Shown one piece after another: positions 12,670 through 27,260 of a stretch of 43,264 bases of DNA. The stretch lies in assembly GCA_964247055.1 (NCBI GenBank), contig CAXTSY010000005.1:1-43264 (forward strand), read 5' to 3'. The notes under the pieces are model-generated. The model searched no databases. It was not told the origin of the DNA and saw only the letters and a program-made list of their open reading frames with translations. Origin of the DNA: Paragordius varius. Its lineage: Eukaryota; Animalia; Nematomorpha. The position numbers were made by a program, and so were the translations under genes. How positions within the stretch are numbered: position 1 is the first letter of the stretch; every line of letters begins with the position of its first letter.

Positions 12670-15600
12670 TATTATATTTTAATTTATTTTTATTTTATTT
12701 AATTGTAGTTTATTTTATTTTATTTTATTTTATTTTTTTATTTTATTTTATTTTATTTTATTTTATTTTATTTTAATTTATTTTATTTTATATAAATATA
12801 GTTATATTTTATTTTATTTTATTTTATTTTATTTTATATAAATATAGTTATTTATTTTATTTAATTTTATTTTATTTTATTTAATTTTATTTTATTTAAT
12901 TTTATTTTATTTTATATTAATTTATTTTATTTTTATTTTATTTAATTTTAATTTATTTTATTATATTTTATTTTATATTAATTTATTTTTCTTTATTTTT
13001 TTTTATTTTATTTTATTTTATTTTATTTTATTTTATTTTATTTTATTTTATTTTATTTTATTTTATTTTATTTTATTTTTATTTTATTTAATTTTATTTT
13101 ATTTTATTTTATTTTATTTTATTTTATTTTTATTTTATTTAATTTTAATTTATTTTATTTTATTTTATTTTATATTAATTTAATTTATTTTTTATTTTAT
13201 TTTATTTTATTTTATTTTATTTTTATTTTATTTAATTTTAATTTATTTTATTTTATTTAATTTTATTTTATTTTATTTTATTTTATTTTATTTTATTTTA
13301 TTTTATTTTATTTAATTTTATTTTATTTTATTTTATTTTATTTTATTATATTTTAATTTATTTTTATTTTATTTAATTTTAGTTTATTTTATTTTATTCT
13401 ATTTTATTTTTTTATTTTATTTTATTTTTATTTAATTTTAATTTATTTTATTTTATTTTATTTTATTTTATTTTATTTTATTTTATTTTATTTTATTTTA
13501 TTTTATTTTATTTTATTTTATTTTATTTTTATAAATATAGTTATATTTTATTTTATTTAATTTTATTTTATTTTATTTTATTTTATTTTATTTTATTTTA
13601 TTTTATTTTATTTTATTTTATTTTTATTTAATTTTAATTTATTTTATTTTATTTTATTTTATTTTATTTTATTTTATTTTATTTTATTTTATTTTATTTT
13701 ATTTTATTTTATATTAATTTATTTTATTTTATTTTATTTTATTTTTATTTTATTTAATTTTATTTTATTATATTTTATTTTATATTAATTTATTTTTTTT
13801 ATTTTTTTTTATTTTATTTTATTTTATTTTATTTAATTTTATTTTATTTTATTTTATTTTATTTTATTTTATTTTATTTTATTTTATTTTATTTTATTTT
13901 ATTTTATTTTATTTTATTTTATTTTATTTTATTTTATTTTTATTTTATTTAATTTTAATTTATTTTATTTTATATTATTTTATTTTATTTTATATTAATT
14001 TATTTTATTTTATTTTATTTTATTTTATTTTATTTTATTTTATTTTATTTTATTTTATTTTATTTTATTTTATTTTATTTTATTATATTTTAATTTATTT
14101 TTATTTTATTTAATTTTAGTTTATTTTATTTTATTTTATTTTATTTTTTTATTTTATTTTATTTTATTTTATTTTATTTTATTTTAATTTATTTTATTTT
14201 ATATAAATATAGTTATATTTTATTTTATTTTATTTTATTTTATTTAATTTTATTTTATTTTATTTTATTTTATTTTATATTAATTTATTTTATTTTTATT
14301 TTATTTAATTTTAATTTATTTTATTATATTTTATTTTATATTAATTTATTTTTCTTTATTTTTTTTTATTTTATTTTATTTTATTTTATTTTATTTTATT
14401 TTATATAAATATAGTTATATTTTATTTTATTTAATTTTATTTTATTTTATTTAATTTTATTTTATTTTATTTTATTTTATTTTATATTAATTTATTTTAT
14501 TTTTATTTTATTTAATTTTAATTTATTTTATTATATTTTATTTTATATTAATTTATTTTTCTTTATTTTTTTTTATTTTATTTTATTTTATTTTATTTTA
14601 TTTTATTTTATTTTATTTTATTTTATTTTATTTTTATTTTATTTAATTTTAATTTATTTTATTTTATTTTATTTTATATTAATTTAATTTATTTTTTATT
14701 TTATTTTATTTTATTTTATTTTATTTTTATTTTATTTAATTTTAATTTATTTTATTTTATTTAATTTTATTTTATTTTATTTTATTTTATTTTATTTTAT
14801 TTTATTTTATTTTATTTTATTTTATTTTATTTTATTTTATTTTATTTTATTTTATTTTATTTTATTTTATTTTATTTAATTTTATTTTATTTTATTTTAT
14901 TTTATTTTATTTTATTATATTTTAATTTATTTTTATTTTATTTAATTTTAGTTTATTTTATTTTATTCTATTTTATTTTTTTATTTTATTTTATTTTTAT
15001 TTAATTTTAATTTATTTTATTTTATTTTATTTTATTTTATTTTATTTTATTTTATTTTATTTTATTTTATTTTATATAAATATAGTTATATTTTATTTTA
15101 TTTAATTTTATTTTATTTTATTTTATTTTATTTTATTTTTATTTAATTTTAATTTATTTTATTTTATTTTATTTTATTTTATTTTATTTTATTTTATTTT
15201 ATTTTATTTTATATTAATTTATTTTATTTTATTTTATTTTATTTTTATTTTATTTAATTTTATTTTATTATATTTTATTTTATATTAATTTATTTTTTTT
15301 ATTTTTTTTTATTTTATTTTATTTTATTTTATTTTATTTTATTTTATTTTATTTTATTTTATTTTATTTTATTTTATTTTATTTTTATTTTATTTAATTT
15401 TAATTTATTTTATTTTATTTTATTTTATTTTATTTTATATTAATTTATTTTATTTTATTTTATTTTATTTTATTTTATTTTATTTTTATTTTATTTTATT
15501 TTATTTTATTTTATTTTATTTTATTTTATTTTATTTTATTTTATTTTATTTTATTTTATTTTATTTTATTTTATTTTATTTTATTTTATTTTATTTTATT

Positions 15601-18600
15601 TTATTTTATTTTATTTTATTTTATTTTATATAAATATAGTTATATTTTATTTTATTTAATTTTATTTTATTTTATTTTATTTTATTTTATTTTATTTTAT
15701 TTAATTTTATTTTATTTTATTTTATTTTATTTTATTTTATTATATTTTAATTTATTTTTATTTTATTTAATTTTAGTTTATTTTATTTTATTTTATTTTA
15801 TTTTTTTATTTTATTTTATTTTATTTTATTTTATTTTATTTTATTTTATTTTATTTTAATTTATTTTATTTTATATAAATATAGTTATATTTTATTTTAT
15901 TTAATTTTAGTTTATTTTATAATATATAAATATAGTTATATTTTATTTAATTTTAGTTTATTTTATTTTATTTTTTTATTTTATTTTATTTTATTTTATT
16001 TTATTTTATTTTATTTTATTTTATTTTATTTTATTTTATTTTATTTTATTTTATTTTATTTTATTTTATTTTATTTTATTTTATATAAATATAGTTATAT
16101 TTTATTTTATTTAATTTTATTTTATTTTATTTTATTTTATTTTATTTTATTTTATTTTATTTAATTTTATTTTATTTTATTTTATTTTATTTTATTTTAT
16201 TTTATTATATTTTAATTTATTTTTATTTTATTTAATTTTAGTTTATTTTATTTTATTTTATTTTATTTTTTTATTTTATTTTATTTTATTTTATTTTATT
16301 TTATTTTATTTTATTTTATTTTATTTAATTTTAGTTTATTTTATAATATATAAATATAGTTATATTTTATTTAATTTTAGTTTATTTTATTTTATTTTTT
16401 TATTTTATTTTATTTTATTTTATTTTATTTTATTTTATTTTATTTTATTTTATTTTATTTTAATTTATTTTATTTTATATAAATATAGTTATATTTTATT
16501 TTATTTAATTTTAGTTTATTTTATAATATATAAATATAGTTATATTTTATTTAATTTTAGTTTATTTTATTTTATTTTTTTATTTTATTTTATTTTATTT
16601 TATTTTATTTTATTTTATTTTATTTTATTTTATTTTATTTTATTTTATATAAATATAGTTATATTTTATTTTATTTAATTTTATTTTATTTTATTTTATT
16701 TTATTTTATTTTATTTTATTTAATTTTATTTTATTTTATTTTATTTTATTTTATTTTATTATATTTTAATTTATTTTTATTTTATTTAATTTTAGTTTAT
16801 TTTATTTTATTTTATTTTATTTTTTTATTTTATTTTATTTTATTTTATTTTATTTTATTTTATTTTATTTTATTTTATTTTAATTTATTTTATTTTATAT
16901 AAATATAGTTATATTTTATTTTATTTAATTTTAGTTTATTTTATAATATATAAATATAGTTATATTTTATTTAATTTTAGTTTATTTTATTTTATTTTTT
17001 TATTTTATTTTATTTTATTTTATTTTATTTTATTTTATTTTATTTTATTTTATTTTATTTTATTTTATTTTATTTTATTTTATTTTATTTTATATAAATA
17101 TAGTTATATTTTATTTTATTTAATTTTATTTTATTTTATTTTATTTTATTTTATTTTATTTTATTTTATTTAATTTTATTTTATTTTATTTTATTTTATT
17201 TTATTTTATTATATTTTAATTTATTTTTATTTTATTTAATTTTAGTTTATTTTATTTTATTTTATTTTATTTTTTTATTTTATTTTATTTTATTTTATTT
17301 TATTTTATTTTATTTTATTTTATTTTATTTAATTTTAGTTTATTTTATAATATATAAATATAGTTATATTTTATTTAATTTTAGTTTATTTTATTTTATT
17401 TTTTTATTTTATTTTATTTTATTTTATTTTATTTTATTTTATTTTATTTTATTTTATTTTATTTTATTTTATTTTATTTTATTTTATTTTATTTTATTTT
17501 ATTTTAATTTATTTTATTTTATATAAATATAGTTATATTTTATTTTATTTAATTTTAGTTTATTTTATAATATATAAATATAGTTATATTTTATTTAATT
17601 TTAGTTTATTTTATTTTATTTTTTTATTTTATTTTATTTTATTTTATTTTATTTTATTTTTATTTTATTTAATTTTAATTTATTTTATTTTATTTTATTT
17701 TATATTAATTTAATTTATTTTTTATTTTATTTTATTTTATTTTATTTTATTTTATTCTATTTTTATTCTTTTTAATTTTAATTTATTTTATTTTATTTTA
17801 TTTTATTTTATTTAATTTTATTTTATTTTATTTTATTTTATTTTATTTTATTTTATTTTATTTTATTTTATTTTATTTTATTTTATTTTATTTTATTTTA
17901 TTTTATTTTATTTTATTTTATTTTATTTAATTTTATTTTATTTTATTTTATTTTATTTTATTTTATTTTATTTTATTTTATTTTATTATATTTTAATTTA
18001 TTTTTATTTTATTTAATTTTAGTTTATTTTATTTTATTCTATTTTATTTTTTTATTTTATTTTATTTTTATTTAATTTTAATTTATTTTATTTTATTTTA
18101 TTTTATTTTATTTTATTTTATTTTATTTTATTTTATATAAATATAGTTATATTTTATTTTATTTAATTTTATTTTATTTTATTTTATTTTATTTTATTTT
18201 ATTTTATTTTATTTTATTTTATTTTTATTTAATTTTAATTTATTTTATTTTATTTTATTTTATTTTATTTTATTTTATTTTATTTTATATTAATTTATTT
18301 TATTTTATTTTATTTTTATTTTATTTAATTTTATTTTATTATATTTTATTTTATATTAATTTATTTTTTTTATTTTTTTTTATTTTATTTTATTTTATTT
18401 TATTTTATTTTATTTTATTTTATTTTATTTTATTTTATTTTATTATATTTTAATTTATTTTTATTTTATTTAATTTTAGTTTATTTTATTTTATTTTATT
18501 TTATTTTATTTTATTTTTTTATTTTATTTTATTTTATTTTATTTTATTTAATTTTAGTTTATTTTATAATATATAAATATAGTTATATTTTATTTAATTT

Positions 18601-19990
18601 TAGTTTATTTTATTTTATTTTTTTATTTTATTTTATTTTATTTTATTTTATTTTATTTTATTTTATTTTAATTTATTTTATTTTATATAAATATAGTTAT
18701 ATTTTATTTTATTTAATTTTATTTTATTTTATTTTATTTTATTTTTATTTAATTTTAATTTATTTTATTTTATTTTATTTTATTTTATTTTATTTTATTT
18801 TATTTTATTTTATTTTATTTTATATTAATTTATTTTATTTTATTTTATTTTTATTTTATTTAATTTTATTTTATTATATTTTATTTTATATTAATTTATT
18901 TTTTTTATTTTTTTTTATTTTATTTTATTTTATTTTATTTTATTTTATTTTATTTTATTTTATTTTATTTTATTTTATTTTAATTTATTTTATTTTATAT
19001 AAATATAGTTATATTTTATTTTATTTAATTTTAGTTTATTTTATAATATATAAATATAGTTATATTTTATTTAATTTTAGTTTATTTTATTTTATTTTTT
19101 TATTTTATTTTATTTTATTTTATTTTATTTTATTTTATTTTATTTTATTTTTATTTTATTTAATTTTAATTTATTTTATTTTATTTTATTTTATATTAAT
19201 TTAATTTATTTTTTATTTTATTTTATTTTATTTTATTTTATATAAATATAGTTATATTTTATTTTATTTAATTTTATTTTATTTTATTTTATTTTATTTT
19301 ATTTTATTTTATTTTATTTTATTTTATTTAATTTTATTTTATTTTATTTTATTTTATTTTATTATATTTTAATTTATTTTTATTTTATTTAATTTTAGTT
19401 TATTTTATTTTATTTTATTTTATTTTTTTATTTTATTTTATTTTATTTTATTTTATTTTATTTTATTTTATTTTATTTTATTTAATTTTAGTTTATTTTA
19501 TAATATATAAATATAGTTATATTTTATTTAATTTTAGTTTATTTTATTTTATTTTTTTATTTTATTTTATTTTATTTTATTTTATTTTATTTTATTTTAT
19601 TTTATTTTATTTTATTTTATTTTATTTTATTTTATTTTAATTTATTTTATTTTATATAAATATAGTTATATTTTATTTTATTTAATTTTAGTTTATTTTA
19701 TAATATATAAATATAGTTATATTTTATTTAATTTTAGTTTATTTTATTTTATTTTTTTATTTTATTTTATTTTATTTTATTTTATTTTATTTTATTTTAT
19801 TTTATTTTTATTTTATTTAATTTTAATTTATTTTATTTTATTTTATTTTATTCTATTTTTATTCTATTTAATTTTAATTTATTTTATTTTATTTTATTTT
19901 ATTTTATTTAATTTTATTTTATTTTATTTTATTTTATTTTATTTTATTTTATTTTATTTTATTTTATTTTATTTTATTTTATTTTATTTT
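12670..19990. repeat. Large higher-order repeat, copy 1 (about 7.3 kb); boundaries approximate
   Basis: Shares private markers in the same order with 20900-27260, including AATTGTAGTT (G 12705/20934), C 12991/21220, and double-C words 17757/25066 and 19853/27127. Confidence 0.88.
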
Positions 19991-20899
19991 ATTTTATTTT
20001 ATTTTATTTTATTTTATTTAATTTTATTTTATTTTATTTTATTTTATTTTATTTTATTTTATTATATTTTAATTTATTTTTATTTTATTTAATTTTAGTT
20101 TATTTTATTTTATTCTATTTTATTTTTTTATTTTATTTTATTTTTATTTAATTTTAATTTATTTTATTTTATTTTATTTTATTTTATTTTATTTTATTTT
20201 ATTTTATTTTATATAAATATAGTTATATTTTATTTTATTTAATTTTATTTTATTTTATTTTATTTTATTTTATTTTATTTTATTTTATTTTATTTTATTT
20301 TATTTTATTTTATTTTTATTTAATTTTAATTTATTTTATTTTATTTTATTTTATTTTATTTTATTTTATTTTATTTTATTTTATTTTATTTTATTTTATA
20401 TTAATTTATTTTATTTTATTTTATTTTTATTTTATTTAATTTTATTTTATTATATTTTATTTTATATTAATTTATTTTATTTTATTTTATTTTATTTTAT
20501 TATATTTTAATTTATTTTTATTTTATTTAATTTTAGTTTATTTTATTTTATTCTATTTTATTTTTTTATTTTATTTTATTTTTATTTAATTTTAATTTAT
20601 TTTATTTTATTTTATTTTATTTTATTTTATTTTATTTTATTTTATTTTATTTTATATAAATATAGTTATATTTTATTTTATTTTATTTTATTTTATTTTA
20701 TTTTATTTTATTTTATTTTATTTTATTTTATTTTATTTTATTTTATTTTATTTTATTTTATTTTATTTTTATTTTATTTAATTTTAATTTATTTTATTTT
20801 ATATTATTTTATTTTATTTTATATTAATTTATTTTATTTTATTTTATTTTATTTTATTTTATTTTATTTTATTTTATTTTATTTTATTTTATTTTTTTT

Positions 20900-23800
20900 A
20901 TTATATTTTAATTTATTTTTATTTTATTTAATTGTAGTTTATTTTATTTTATTTTATTTTATTTTTTTATTTTATTTTATTTTATTTTATTTTATTTTAT
21001 TTTAATTTATTTTATTTTATATAAATATAGTTATATTTTATTTTATTTTATTTTATTTTATTTTATATAAATATAGTTATTTATTTTATTTAATTTTATT
21101 TTATTTTATTTAATTTTATTTTATTTAATTTTATTTTATTTTATATTAATTTATTTTATTTTTATTTTATTTAATTTTAATTTATTTTATTATATTTTAT
21201 TTTATATTAATTTATTTTTCTTTATTTTTTTTTATTTTATTTTATTTTATTTTATTTTATTTTATTTTATTTTATTTTATTTTATTTTATTTTATTTTAT
21301 TTTATTTTTATTTTATTTAATTTTATTTTATTTTATTTTATTTTATTTTATTTTATTTTTATTTTATTTAATTTTAATTTATTTTATTTTATTTTATTTT
21401 ATATTAATTTAATTTATTTTTTATTTTATTTTATTTTATTTTATTTTATTTTATTTTTATTTTATTTAATTTTAATTTATTTTATTTTATTTAATTTTAT
21501 TTTATTTTATTTTATTTTATTTTATTTTATTTTATTTTATTTAATTTTATTTTATTTTATTTTATTTTATTTTATTATATTTTAATTTATTTTTATTTTA
21601 TTTAATTTTAGTTTATTTTATTTTATTCTATTTTATTTTTTTATTTTATTTTATTTTTATTTAATTTTAATTTATTTTATTTTATTTTATTTTATTTTAT
21701 TTTATTTTATTTTATTTTATTTTATTTTATTTTATTTTATTTTATTTTATTTTTATAAATATAGTTATATTTTATTTTATTTAATTTTATTTTATTTTAT
21801 TTTATTTTATTTTATTTTATTTTATTTTATTTTATTTTATTTTTATTTAATTTTAATTTATTTTATTTTATTTTATTTTATTTTATTTTATTTTATTTTA
21901 TTTTATTTTATTTTATTTTATATTAATTTATTTTATTTTATTTTATTTTATTTTTATTTTATTTAATTTTATTTTATTATATTTTATTTTATATTAATTT
22001 ATTTTTTTTATTTTTTTTTATTTTATTTTATTTTATTTTATTTAATTTTATTTTATTTTATTTTATTTTATTTTATTTTATTTTATTTTATTTTATTTTA
22101 TTTTATTTTATTTTATTTTATTTTATTTTATTTTATTTTATTTTATTTTTATTTTATTTAATTTTAATTTATTTTATTTTATATTATTTTATTTTATTTT
22201 ATATTAATTTATTTTATTTTATTTTATTTTATTTTATTTTATTTTATTTTATTTTATTTTATTTTATTTTATTTTATTTTATTTTATTATATTTTAATTT
22301 ATTTTTATTTTATTTAATTTTAGTTTATTTTATTTTATTTTATTTTATTTTTTTATTTTATTTTATTTTATTTTATTTTATTTTATTTTAATTTATTTTA
22401 TTTTATATAAATATAGTTATATTTTATTTTATTTTATTTTATTTTATTTAATTTTATTTTATTTTATTTTATTTTATTTTATATTAATTTATTTTATTTT
22501 TATTTTATTTAATTTTAATTTATTTTATTATATTTTATTTTATATTAATTTATTTTTCTTTATTTTTTTTTATTTTATTTTATTTTATTTTATTTTATTT
22601 TATTTTATATAAATATAGTTATATTTTATTTTATTTAATTTTATTTTATTTTATTTAATTTTATTTTATTTTATTTTATTTTATTTTATATTAATTTATT
22701 TTATTTTTATTTTATTTAATTTTAATTTATTTTATTATATTTTATTTTATATTAATTTATTTTTCTTTATTTTTTTTTATTTTATATTATTTTATTTTAT
22801 TTTATTTTATTTTATTTTATTTTATTTTATTTTATTTTATTTTTATTTTATTTAATTTTAATTTATTTTATTTTATTTTATTTTATATTAATTTAATTTA
22901 TTTTTTATTTTATTTTATTTTATTTTATTTTATTTTTATTTTATTTAATTTTAATTTATTTTATTTTATTTAATTTTATTTTATTTTATTTTATTTTATT
23001 TTATTTTATTTTATTTTATTTTATTTTATTTTATTTTATTTTATTTTATTTTATTTTATTTTATTTAATTTTATTTTATTTTATTTTATTTTATTTTATT
23101 TTATTATATTTTAATTTATTTTTATTTTATTTAATTTTAGTTTATTTTATTTTATTCTATTTTATTTTTTTATTTTATTTTATTTTTATTTAATTTTAAT
23201 TTATTTTATTTTATTTTATTTTATTTTATTTTATTTTATTTTATTTTATTTTATTTTATTTTATATAAATATAGTTATATTTTATTTTATTTAATTTTAT
23301 TTTATTTTATTTTATTTTATTTTATTTTTATTTAATTTTAATTTATTTTATTTTATTTTATTTTATTTTATTTTATTTTATTTTATTTTATTTTATTTTA
23401 TTTTATATTAATTTATTTTATTTTATTTTATTTTATTTTTATTTTATTTAATTTTATTTTATTATATTTTATTTTATATTAATTTATTTTTTTTATTTTT
23501 TTTTATTTTATTTTATTTTATTTTATTTTATTTTATTTTATTTTATTTTATTTTATTTTATTTTATTTTATTTTATTTTTATTTTATTTAATTTTAATTT
23601 ATTTTATTTTATTTTATTTTATTTTATTTTATATTAATTTATTTTATTTTATTTTATTTTATTTTATTTTATTTTATTTTTATTTTATTTTATTTTATTT
23701 TATTTTATTTTATTTTATTTTATTTTATTTTATTTTATTTTATTTTATTTTATTTTATTTTATTTTATTTTATTTTATTTTATTTTATTTTATTTTATTT

Positions 23801-26800
23801 TATTTTATTTTATTTTATATAAATATAGTTATATTTTATTTTATTTAATTTTATTTTATTTTATTTTATTTTATTTTATTTTATTTTATTTAATTTTATT
23901 TTATTTTATTTTATTTTATTTTATTTTATTATATTTTAATTTATTTTTATTTTATTTAATTTTAGTTTATTTTATTTTATTTTATTTTATTTTTTTATTT
24001 TATTTTATTTTATTTTATTTTATTTTATTTTATTTTATTTAATTTTAGTTTATTTTATAATATATAAATATAGTTATATTTTATTTAATTTTAGTTTATT
24101 TTATTTTATTTTTTTATTTTATTTTATTTTATTTTATTTTATTTTATTTTATTTTATTTTATTTTATTTTATTTTATTTTAATTTATTTTATTTTATATA
24201 AATATAGTTATATTTTATTTTATTTAATTTTAGTTTATTTTATAATATATAAATATAGTTATATTTTATTTAATTTTAGTTTATTTTATTTTATTTTTTT
24301 ATTTTATTTTATTTTATTTTATTTTATTTTATTTTATTTTATTTTATTTTATTTTATTTTATTTTATTTTATTTTATTTTATTTTATTTTATTTTATTTT
24401 ATTTTATTTTATATAAATATAGTTATATTTTATTTTATTTAATTTTATTTTATTTTATTTTATTTTATTTTATTTTATTTTATTTTATTTAATTTTATTT
24501 TATTTTATTTTATTTTATTTTATTTTATTATATTTTAATTTATTTTTATTTTATTTAATTTTAGTTTATTTTATTTTATTTTATTTTATTTTTTTATTTT
24601 ATTTTATTTTATTTTATTTTATTTTATTTTATTTTATTTTATTTTATTTAATTTTAGTTTATTTTATAATATATAAATATAGTTATATTTTATTTAATTT
24701 TAGTTTATTTTATTTTATTTTTTTATTTTATTTTATTTTATTTTATTTTATTTTATTTTATTTTATTTTATTTTATTTTATTTTATTTTATTTTATTTTA
24801 TTTTATTTTATTTTAATTTATTTTATTTTATATAAATATAGTTATATTTTATTTTATTTAATTTTAGTTTATTTTATAATATATAAATATAGTTATATTT
24901 TATTTAATTTTAGTTTATTTTATTTTATTTTTTTATTTTATTTTATTTTATTTTATTTTATTTTATTTTTATTTTATTTAATTTTAATTTATTTTATTTT
25001 ATTTTATTTTATATTAATTTAATTTATTTTTTATTTTATTTTATTTTATTTTATTTTATTTTATTCTATTTTTATTCTTTTTAATTTTAATTTATTTTAT
25101 TTTATTTTATTTTATTTTATTTAATTTTATTTTATTTTATTTTATTTTATTTTATTTTATTTTATTTTATTTTATTTTATTTTATTTTATTTTATTTTAT
25201 TTTATTTTATTTTATTTTATTTTATTTTATTTTATTTAATTTTATTTTATTTTATTTTATTTTATTTTATTTTATTTTATTTTATTTTATTTTATTATAT
25301 TTTAATTTATTTTTATTTTATTTAATTTTAGTTTATTTTATTTTATTCTATTTTATTTTTTTATTTTATTTTATTTTTATTTAATTTTAATTTATTTTAT
25401 TTTATTTTATTTTATTTTATTTTATTTTATTTTATTTTATTTTATATAAATATAGTTATATTTTATTTTATTTAATTTTATTTTATTTTATTTTATTTTA
25501 TTTTATTTTATTTTATTTTATTTTATTTTATTTTATTTTTATTTAATTTTAATTTATTTTATTTTATTTTATTTTATTTTATTTTATTTTATTTTATATT
25601 AATTTATTTTATTTTATTTTATTTTTATTTTATTTAATTTTATTTTATTATATTTTATTTTATATTAATTTATTTTTTTTATTTTTTTTTATTTTATTTT
25701 ATTTTATTTTATTTTATTTTATTTTATTTTATTTTATTTTATTTTATTTTATTATATTTTAATTTATTTTTATTTTATTTAATTTTAGTTTATTTTATTT
25801 TATTTTATTTTATTTTATTTTATTTTTTTATTTTATTTTATTTTATTTTATTTTATTTAATTTTAGTTTATTTTATAATATATAAATATAGTTATATTTT
25901 ATTTAATTTTAGTTTATTTTATTTTATTTTTTTATTTTATTTTATTTTATTTTATTTTATTTTATTTTATTTTATTTTAATTTATTTTATTTTATATAAA
26001 TATAGTTATATTTTATTTTATTTAATTTTATTTTATTTTATTTTATTTTATTTTTATTTAATTTTAATTTATTTTATTTTATTTTATTTTATTTTATTTT
26101 ATTTTATTTTATTTTATTTTATATTAATTTATTTTATTTTATTTTATTTTTATTTTATTTAATTTTATTTTATTATATTTTATTTTATATTAATTTATTT
26201 TTTTTATTTTTTTTTATTTTATTTTATTTTATTTTATTTTATTTTATTTTATTTTATTTTATTTTATTTTATTTTATTTTAATTTATTTTATTTTATATA
26301 AATATAGTTATATTTTATTTTATTTAATTTTAGTTTATTTTATAATATATAAATATAGTTATATTTTATTTAATTTTAGTTTATTTTATTTTATTTTTTT
26401 ATTTTATTTTATTTTATTTTATTTTATTTTATTTTATTTTATTTTATTTTTATTTTATTTAATTTTAATTTATTTTATTTTATTTTATTTTATATTAATT
26501 TAATTTATTTTTTATTTTATTTTATTTTATTTTATTTTATATAAATATAGTTATATTTTATTTTATTTAATTTTATTTTATTTTATTTTATTTTATTTTA
26601 TTTTATTTTATTTTATTTAATTTTATTTTATTTTATTTTATTTTATTTTATTATATTTTAATTTATTTTTATTTTATTTAATTTTAGTTTATTTTATTTT
26701 ATTTTATTTTATTTTTTTATTTTATTTTATTTTATTTTATTTTATTTTATTTTATTTTATTTTATTTAATTTTAGTTTATTTTATAATATATAAATATAG

Positions 26801-27260
26801 TTATATTTTATTTAATTTTAGTTTATTTTATTTTATTTTTTTATTTTATTTTATTTTATTTTATTTTATTTTATTTTATTTTATTTTATTTTATTTTATT
26901 TTATTTTATTTTAATTTATTTTATTTTATATAAATATAGTTATATTTTATTTTATTTAATTTTAGTTTATTTTATAATATATAAATATAGTTATATTTTA
27001 TTTAATTTTAGTTTATTTTATTTTATTTTTTTATTTTATTTTATTTTATTTTATTTTATTTTATTTTATTTTATTTTATTTTTATTTTATTTAATTTTAA
27101 TTTATTTTATTTTATTTTATTTTATTCTATTTTTATTCTATTTAATTTTAATTTATTTTATTTTATTTTATTTTATTTTATTTAATTTTATTTTATTTTA
27201 TTTTATTTTATTTTATTTTATTTTATTTTATTTTATTTTATTTTATTTTATTTTATTTTA
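20900..27260. repeat. Large higher-order repeat, copy 2 (about 6.4 kb, about 0.9 kb shorter internally); boundaries approximate
   Basis: Same ordered markers as copy 1, with the offset falling from 8229 to 7274 bp along the copy. Confidence 0.88.
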
